A stretch of 64,000 bases of DNA from Candidatus Scalindua arabica (GTDB lineage Bacteria; Planctomycetota; Brocadiia; Brocadiales; Scalinduaceae). Shown piece by piece: positions 56,454 through 64,000 of this stretch (positions are counted from its first letter, which is position 1; every line of letters begins with the position of its first letter). Made by a program: the position numbers and the translations under genes. The stretch is from contig JAANXD010000074.1 in NCBI GenBank assembly GCA_018263435.1, forward strand, positions 9,197 through 73,196, given 5' to 3'. Under the pieces are notes generated by a model. It did no database searches and was not told the DNA's origin. It was given only the letters and a program-made list of their open reading frames with translations.

Positions 56454-57539
56454 TTAAGCCAAAGGTAATTCGATAATAAATTCCGCACCATTATTTAGAT
56501 CTTTAAACCTTATATTACCCCCATGAGCCTGAATAATATTCTTTGTAATAGCCAAACCTACACCCGTTCCACCACTCTTCGTAGAATGAAAAAGGTCGAA
56601 GATCTTGTCATGCTGCTCACTGGGTATTCCGGGCCCTGTATCCTTTATAGATATATTTAAATAACCATCATTATGTGAAATGATTATATTTATATTCCCT
56701 CCTCCTGTCATTACTTCTACAGCATTTATTATTATATTCAATAGCGCCTGTTTGAGTTTATCCTTGTCTACTGAAATTTGTGGAGAGTCTTTCAATACCC
56801 TTAGATATATTTTAATCCCATTTAAGTCTGCATGCGGGTTGATCAGGGCAATCAGTTCATTAAGTATTTTAACAATATCTTCTTTCTTACGTTTTAAATC
56901 ACCAGATTTTGAGAAACTTAAACAATCCTTTGCTAATTTATTCAACCTTTCAATTTCTTCTTTAACCACTTTTACAACTTCGTGAAGTTCTTTCGTAGAG
57001 CCCAACTCATGTTTATCAATTTCTCTCTGCAACAATGACATCTGTATATTAATAGCATTTAAAGGGTTCTTAATCTCATGTGCCAGTTCATTGCTATATT
57101 GCCCAAGTGTTGAAAGGGTCTTAGTCTTTACAAGTTCCTCATTAAACATTTTCTCCTCTGTAATATCACGCATAACCCCTACCACATATTCAATCTCATT
57201 GTTCCAACTCTTTATTATAGAATAATTTGTTATTACCCACTTTTCTTTACCGTCTTTAGTCTTGATAAGGTATTCGCGTGCAATCCTGGAACGTTTCTCT
57301 TCAAAAAGGTGAAGTCCCGGACATATGGTCAGATCCAAGCCGTCTGAGGAGTGACAACTAAATATATCGTGACAGCCGTAATCACTTTTCATGATTTCTT
57401 CTTTGGTAATACCCACAATCTTTTCACAAGCGGGATTAAACAATACTATCTTTCTATCCTTATCAAATATAAATACACCATCATTGAGGTATTGTAATGC
57501 GATATCCTGTATATTCTGGTCCTTAATCATGTTTGCCAC
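56454..57539 (-). CDS. cytoplasmic PAS sensor histidine kinase (NtrB/AtoS-like)
   Basis: 361 aa: a PAS domain with a Cys/His cluster, an H-box LAHEIKNPL, then N, G1 and G2 boxes (GTGVGLA). Confidence 0.9.
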   Translation of the reverse strand: MANMIKDQNIQDIALQYLNDGVFIFDKDRKIVLFNPACEKIVGITKEEIMKSDYGCHDIFSCHSSDGLDLTICPGLHLFEEKRSRIAREYLIKTKDGKEKWVITNYSIIKSWNNEIEYVVGVMRDITEEKMFNEELVKTKTLSTLGQYSNELAHEIKNPLNAINIQMSLLQREIDKHELGSTKELHEVVKVVKEEIERLNKLAKDCLSFSKSGDLKRKKEDIVKILNELIALINPHADLNGIKIYLRVLKDSPQISVDKDKLKQALLNIIINAVEVMTGGGNINIIISHNDGYLNISIKDTGPGIPSEQHDKIFDLFHSTKSGGTGVGLAITKNIIQAHGGNIRFKDLNNGAEFIIELPLA

Positions 57540-57573
57540 TCAATAAATATTCTGTCAAAAAACCGTAATTACT

Positions 57574-58337
57574 TTATAAAAGACCGGCTTTTAAGAACTC
57601 CCGGTTCATACGGGCAATATTTTCAATAGATATTTCTTTGGGACACTCTTTTTCACACTCTGTTTCATTGGCGCAGTTTCCAAAACCCAATTGATCCATT
57701 TTGCCAACCATTGCAAGCGCCCGTTTCTTTGCCTCTGGTAGCCCCTGAGGAAGCAGGGTAAACTGAGAAATCTTTGCGCCTACGAAAAGCATGGCTGATG
57801 CATTGGGGCATGCGGCAACACAGGCTCCACATCCAATGCATTCTGCAGCATCCATCGCTTTCTCAGCTACCTCCTGAGGAACAGAAACAGCGTTTCCGTC
57901 AGGTGCACCGCCGGTGTTAACCGATATATAACCACCCGCTTGAATAATCTTTTCAAATGCAATTCTGTCAACAACTAGGTCCTTTATTACCTTAAAGGCC
58001 CTTGAACGCCATGGTTCAATTACCACAGTATCGCCAGGTGAGAAATGGCGCATATGCAGCTGGCAGAGCGTTGTTCCTTTTTCCGGGCCATGGGCACGGC
58101 CGTTTACCATTGTACCACACGCACCGCAGATACCTTCCCTGCAGTCATGGTCAAACGCTATAGGATCTTTGCCTGAAAGAATTATCTCCTCATTGACAAC
58201 ATCAAGCATCTCAAGAAATGACATGTCCGTTGAAACGTCTCTAGCCTTGTACGTCTCAAACCGTCCCCTGGCATCAGGCCCCTTCTGACGCCAGACTTTC
58301 AATTTAAGATTTATGCAGCTTTTATCTCTGGCCTTTG

Positions 58338-58341
<4 letters not shown>
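57574..58341 (-). CDS. sdhB: succinate dehydrogenase/fumarate reductase iron-sulfur subunit
   Basis: 255 aa with Cys clusters [21 protein letters not shown] and [12 protein letters not shown]. Confidence 0.92.
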
Positions 58342-60251
<1,910 letters not shown>

Positions 60252-60262
60252 TTTTTGTCATT

Positions 60263-60916
60263 TCAAGAAATAAACGAGATGTAAATCGGAAGAATACCGA
60301 ATCCAAATCCCACTGCAAGGCTTATGATTATGCTCACCACACGAAAAACTGACATATACTCTGAGTTACTTACCCCCAGTGTCTGGAATGCACTCCAGAA
60401 CCCATGACTCACATGGATAGCAACAATGATCATGGACACAATATAAAAGAAAGCATAGCCTGGATTTGAAAATGTTTCTAATACGATTTGATAGATAGTC
60501 TGATCTGTTTTCTCCACAAAATGAAAATCAACAAGATGAATGACAATAAATAATAATATAAAAAGACCGGTATATGGCATTGTCACAGAACCGATAGTTC
60601 GTCCACCTGCATTCTTCTTTACCAGGTACCCTTCAGGCCTGGCACGGAAATTCTCATAAAAAAGATAGGCCCCGATGAAAACATGGGCCACTGCAAAGAA
60701 AAGAAGTCCAATTTCTGTGAGGATTATGAGTGGTCCCAATGCATGGAGACGCTCGGAATAGGAGTTAAATGCATCTTCACCCGCACAAATAGTCAGATTG
60801 CCGGCAAGATGAGCGATCAGGAAGATACAAAAGCCGAGTCCGGTAAGAGCCATAATCAGCTTTTTTCCGATTGAAGATCTCAGTGTACAAATAAACCAGT
60901 TCAAATCCCACTGCAT
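60263..60916 (-). CDS. sdhC: succinate dehydrogenase/fumarate reductase cytochrome b subunit (single 5-TM type B anchor)
   Basis: 217 aa with five hydrophobic helices carrying conserved His. It lies directly upstream of sdhA. Confidence 0.75.
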   Translation of the reverse strand: MQWDLNWFICTLRSSIGKKLIMALTGLGFCIFLIAHLAGNLTICAGEDAFNSYSERLHALGPLIILTEIGLLFFAVAHVFIGAYLFYENFRARPEGYLVKKNAGGRTIGSVTMPYTGLFILLFIVIHLVDFHFVEKTDQTIYQIVLETFSNPGYAFFYIVSMIIVAIHVSHGFWSAFQTLGVSNSEYMSVFRVVSIIISLAVGFGFGILPIYISFIS

Positions 60917-60987
60917 AATTTTCTGGCATACGTCTCATGGACAAGAGCCATATACTATTTTACTAAGGTTAAGCCCACCTTCCAAAC

Positions 60988-61908
60988 TTAAATTGAAATA
61001 CCCTGACAAAGCTTTTTAACGGCATCTGCAGATTTCTTTAAGGCTTCAGATTCTCCCTCATTAAGCTTTATTTCAATAATCTGCTCAAGTCCGTTCTTAC
61101 CTAGCTTGGCAGGAAGGCCAATGAATATATCATCAAATCCATATTCACCGTTACATAATACAGTACAAGGTAATATCTTCTTCTTATCCTTAACAATTGA
61201 ATCAATCATTTCAACAATTGAAGCCGCCGGTGCATAAAAAGCACTTCCGGTCTTCAGAAGACTGACTATCTCCGCACCTCCGTCTCTCGTCCTCTTGACT
61301 ATGGCATCTAACCTGTCTTCAGGAATCAATTCTGTAACTGGTATGCCTGATACTGTTGTATATCTTGCTAAAGGAACCATAGTATCACCATGCCCCCCAA
61401 GGACAAAAGTATGCACATTCTCCACAGAAACATTTAATTCCATTGCTATAAAGGTTCTCATTCTCGATGTGTCCAAGACTCCTGCCATACCAATAACCCT
61501 CTCCCTGGGAAATTTACTCACCTTATACGTCACATATGTCATTACATCAAGCGGATTAGATACCACAATTAGAATTGCATCTGGAGACTTCTCTACTACC
61601 TGCTCTACAACACTCTTTACAATATCCGCATTAACTTTAACCAGATCATCCCTGCTCATTCCCGGTTTACGTGGCAAACCGGATGTTATAACAACTATAT
61701 CTGAATTATCAGTTTCTTCGTATGAATTAGTTCCGATGATCTTGCAATTATAGTTATAAATTGGACTTGCTTCCATCAGATCAAGTCCCTTACCCTGCGG
61801 TAACCCTTCAACTATATCAACAAGTACAATATCCCCGAACTCCTTTTCAGCAAGCCTTTGTGCAGTTGTTGCCCCCACATTTCCAGCGCCAATAACGGTT
61901 ATCTTCAT
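60988..61908 (-). CDS. mdh: malate dehydrogenase (LDH-like family)
   Basis: 306 aa with [29 protein letters not shown] and GGHGDTMVP. Confidence 0.94.
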   Translation of the reverse strand: MKITVIGAGNVGATTAQRLAEKEFGDIVLVDIVEGLPQGKGLDLMEASPIYNYNCKIIGTNSYEETDNSDIVVITSGLPRKPGMSRDDLVKVNADIVKSVVEQVVEKSPDAILIVVSNPLDVMTYVTYKVSKFPRERVIGMAGVLDTSRMRTFIAMELNVSVENVHTFVLGGHGDTMVPLARYTTVSGIPVTELIPEDRLDAIVKRTRDGGAEIVSLLKTGSAFYAPAASIVEMIDSIVKDKKKILPCTVLCNGEYGFDDIFIGLPAKLGKNGLEQIIEIKLNEGESEALKKSADAVKKLCQGISI

Positions 61909-61942
61909 TTACACAATCCTTTTAAAAGTAAATTACTCCAAC

Positions 61943-61973
61943 AAAAAAACCCACCTTGTCGGTGGGTTTTTTT
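61943..61973 (-). terminator. Rho-independent (bidirectional-looking) terminator after the 11-haem cytochrome gene
   Basis: AAAAAAACCCACC-TTGTC-GGTGGGTTTTTTT: a 7-bp GC stem flanked by A and T runs, 46 nt after the stop at 62019. Confidence 0.65.
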
Positions 61974-62018
61974 GAAATCATTAATTTTGTTTCTAAACAA
62001 ATACTTGTACCAATACCA

Positions 62019-63230
62019 TTAATCAATACTCAATAAACCAACATTTCTATTAAAATTGTGGTGACTGTATGGATCACTATGACATGACTGGCATCTCAAC
62101 TTTATGTTACCCTCTTCCTCCCATCTCCCAAACAGCTTACCATGCAGAGACTTAGCACTCATATCGAGCTGTGCATGAACCGGCCCGCCAATATGACAAT
62201 TTTCACAAACCTTCGCCTCAGAGGCACTCGCCCTTGAAAACAAATGTTTAGGATGACAGCCTTCACAACTTCCTCCCGGTCCTGTATCCCATGACTTGTT
62301 TAAACCAAGCATATGACATTTCCTACAATCCTCCCGCATCACTACATCTTTAGTACCTACTTCAACTCCGGCAACTTCAGCGACTATACGTCCTTTGTAA
62401 TGGTTGCTCTGTGCGAAATCGTTATACATAGTCACGTGACATTCACCACATTTGCTTGGCAATACCCTGCCTCCTCTTTCAACAATCTCCCCATGATCAT
62501 TTCCATGGCACTCAAGACATGAAACACCGCTTTTCGAATGTGGGCTATTCGTCCATTCTTTTACAATTTTCGGAGTCGCATGTCTGTGACAAGCATAGCA
62601 ATCATTCTCAGAAAATGTACCAAAAGGAGGAATCTTCTTCTCTGCATATACCTTATACACATCTGCACTCCAACTTGGATGCACAACTCCTATGTGGCAG
62701 TCAGTACAGAAGAAATCTTCAAGGCTGCCATCTTCTCCCTTTCTTTTAGATTGTGCAACATACTCAAGGTGTGTTTTATCCTTTGTATACTCTTCATTAT
62801 TGGTATGACATCTAACACAGTTACCATTTACAATAGGCACACTATCTTCGGCTATTTCAATAAACAGACCTGAATTTACACTGGTAAGATAGGTTTTCCT
62901 CGCGTGTTCAAATGAGTCGTGAGCGCCGTCACTTAATTTTGCATGCAAGAAACCCTTCAGACCGGGACCGATATGACAGGTATGACAACTATGTACATGC
63001 TCATTATGATGCTTTGAACTCATAAAGGAATCGTAATGCACATCCATTTCATGGCAACTGCCACAGAATTCACTTGATTCAGCATAATGCCAGAACTTCT
63101 TACCACCTACCAAACCAACCGCCACCAGGATAATAAAAGCAACACCTACTAATTTTTTGTGTTTAACTATCAGTCCTAGTATCAGTTTTATGAGATTGAC
63201 AACCTTATCCTTTAAACATCCACATTCCAT
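62019..63230 (-). CDS. membrane-anchored undeca-haem cytochrome c with a NapC/NirT-type N-terminal module
   Basis: 403 aa with one N-terminal TM and eleven CxxCH motifs (CGSCH, CHTCH, CVRCH, CTDCH, CYACH, CLECH, CGECH, CRKCH, CEGCH, CENCH, CQSCH). Confidence 0.88.
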   Translation of the reverse strand: MECGCLKDKVVNLIKLILGLIVKHKKLVGVAFIILVAVGLVGGKKFWHYAESSEFCGSCHEMDVHYDSFMSSKHHNEHVHSCHTCHIGPGLKGFLHAKLSDGAHDSFEHARKTYLTSVNSGLFIEIAEDSVPIVNGNCVRCHTNNEEYTKDKTHLEYVAQSKRKGEDGSLEDFFCTDCHIGVVHPSWSADVYKVYAEKKIPPFGTFSENDCYACHRHATPKIVKEWTNSPHSKSGVSCLECHGNDHGEIVERGGRVLPSKCGECHVTMYNDFAQSNHYKGRIVAEVAGVEVGTKDVVMREDCRKCHMLGLNKSWDTGPGGSCEGCHPKHLFSRASASEAKVCENCHIGGPVHAQLDMSAKSLHGKLFGRWEEEGNIKLRCQSCHSDPYSHHNFNRNVGLLSID

Positions 63231-63411
63231 TGAGTTCTCCTTAATTGTTATCTATACGATGACTTAAGCAACTTGGTATCTTAATTTAAAATGACGAATT
63301 TTGGCATAATACCAAAAAATAACTGTAATATCAAGACCTTTTTAACACAAAGCAACTCAATCCTATTATTACCTTTATAATAATATTCTAAACAATTTTG
63401 GCAAAAAATTT

Positions 63412-63476
63412 AAGAATTTAGGAATTTGGGAATTCAGGAATTCCTTAATCCCTCAATTCCTCAATATTATAATTCC
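63412..63476. promoter_or_regulatory. phased GGAATT half-site array in a divergent promoter region
   Basis: 8-nt register: AAGAATTT AGGAATTT GGGAATTC AGGAATTC | CTTAATCC CTCAATTC CTCAATAT TATAATTC. It is palindromic about 63440/63441 (17 of 21 arm positions match). Confidence 0.45.
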
Positions 63477-63599
63477 GACTAGTTCGGGTTAGGTATTGAT
63501 TTAAGCGAAAATTGATTGTATAATTGCACTTTCAACGTTTATTCACTAATAAACTAATGCTTTAAACTATATCACTTTATTGAGTTAAGGAGGAAGTAA

Positions 63600-64000
63600 T
63601 TGAAGAAGATTCTTGTTTTTCTAATTGTTCTATTTTTTTATGTAACATGCTCATATGCACAAACACTTGAAAAATCAGGAGAGAAGAAAAATAATGAGGT
63701 AAAGGCCGAAGAAAGTCAGGAAACTTCGGAATCAACAGACGAAGAAGTATTTCAACAGGTAGAGAAATATATTCAAAGCGCAAATTCTTTGCGCGAAATC
63801 CAAAACGACTATGACGGCGCACTGGAATTATATAAAAAAGCTCTAGAACTAGACCCTGAAAGACCTTCTCTTCACTGGTATATAGCAGGTGTTTACTGGA
63901 AGCTGAACAACCACAAAAAGGCACTGGAACATCTTGAAAGATGCAGAAACCTGATGCCTCAGATACCTGAAGAATTGAATGAGGTGGACGACTTCATAGC
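63600..64000 (+). CDS. TPR-containing exported protein, N-terminal part (runs off the right edge)
   Basis: TTG start 6 nt after AAGGAGG. MKKILVFLIVLFFYVTCSYAQ is a signal peptide, followed by ..YDGALELYKKALELDPERPSLHWYIAGVYWKL (TPR). It is absent from the ORF track because it has no stop in the window. Confidence 0.6.
   Translation, partial: MKKILVFLIVLFFYVTCSYAQTLEKSGEKKNNEVKAEESQETSESTDEEVFQQVEKYIQSANSLREIQNDYDGALELYKKALELDPERPSLHWYIAGVYWKLNNHKKALEHLERCRNLMPQIPEELNEVDDFI

Noticed and set aside
61295-61753. 152-aa plus-strand ORF
   Set aside because: It is antisense to mdh, and its Ser/Thr/Leu-rich product is typical of a shadow frame.
63577-63924. 115-aa minus-strand ORF from the track
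   Set aside because: The opposite strand has an ORF with an AAGGAGG SD, a signal peptide and TPR motifs that runs to the window edge. The minus-strand product has no features.

Overview
Low-GC (roughly 38-40% by eye) chromosomal window from an anaerobic ammonium-oxidising (anammox) planctomycete, most likely a Scalindua-type lineage. 435-10258 (minus strand) is a complete hydrazine synthase (HZS) locus. It holds tri-haem and hepta-haem cytochromes c plus a cytochrome-b-like membrane subunit (the electron-transfer module), an NtrC-type sigma54 activator, an exported Cys-rich protein, a fused beta-propeller/di-haem HZS subunit, and hzsA. Next come accB/accC, TPR proteins, an aldehyde dehydrogenase, a MoxR-DUF58-vWA (Bat-like) operon, MTA phosphorylase, hybrid histidine kinases, two more NtrC-type regulators and flgM. 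A ~10.6-kb plus-strand chemotaxis operon follows (cheY-cheX-RR-cheA-cheW ... cheD-cheC-cheY-cheR-cheB-RR), then a PAS kinase/NtrC pair, sdhCAB, mdh and an 11-haem NapC/NirT-type cytochrome. I saw no rRNA, tRNA or CRISPR array. Intergenic DNA is packed with at least five MITE/REP-like palindromic repeat families, an IS remnant and a hemerythrin pseudogene. The most unusual points are: (1) a CheA whose P2 region is replaced by four tandem MshEN/T2SSE_N-type 24-residue motifs, with the same motif pair in a stand-alone HisKA protein; (2) a well-spaced sigma54 promoter in front of the hydrazine synthase genes; (3) two paralogous SD-preceded mini membrane peptides; (4) phased short-repeat arrays in two promoter regions; (5) a ~200-nt GC-rich structured island upstream of the che operon. 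All family calls come from reading motifs in the supplied translations; no database search was run.
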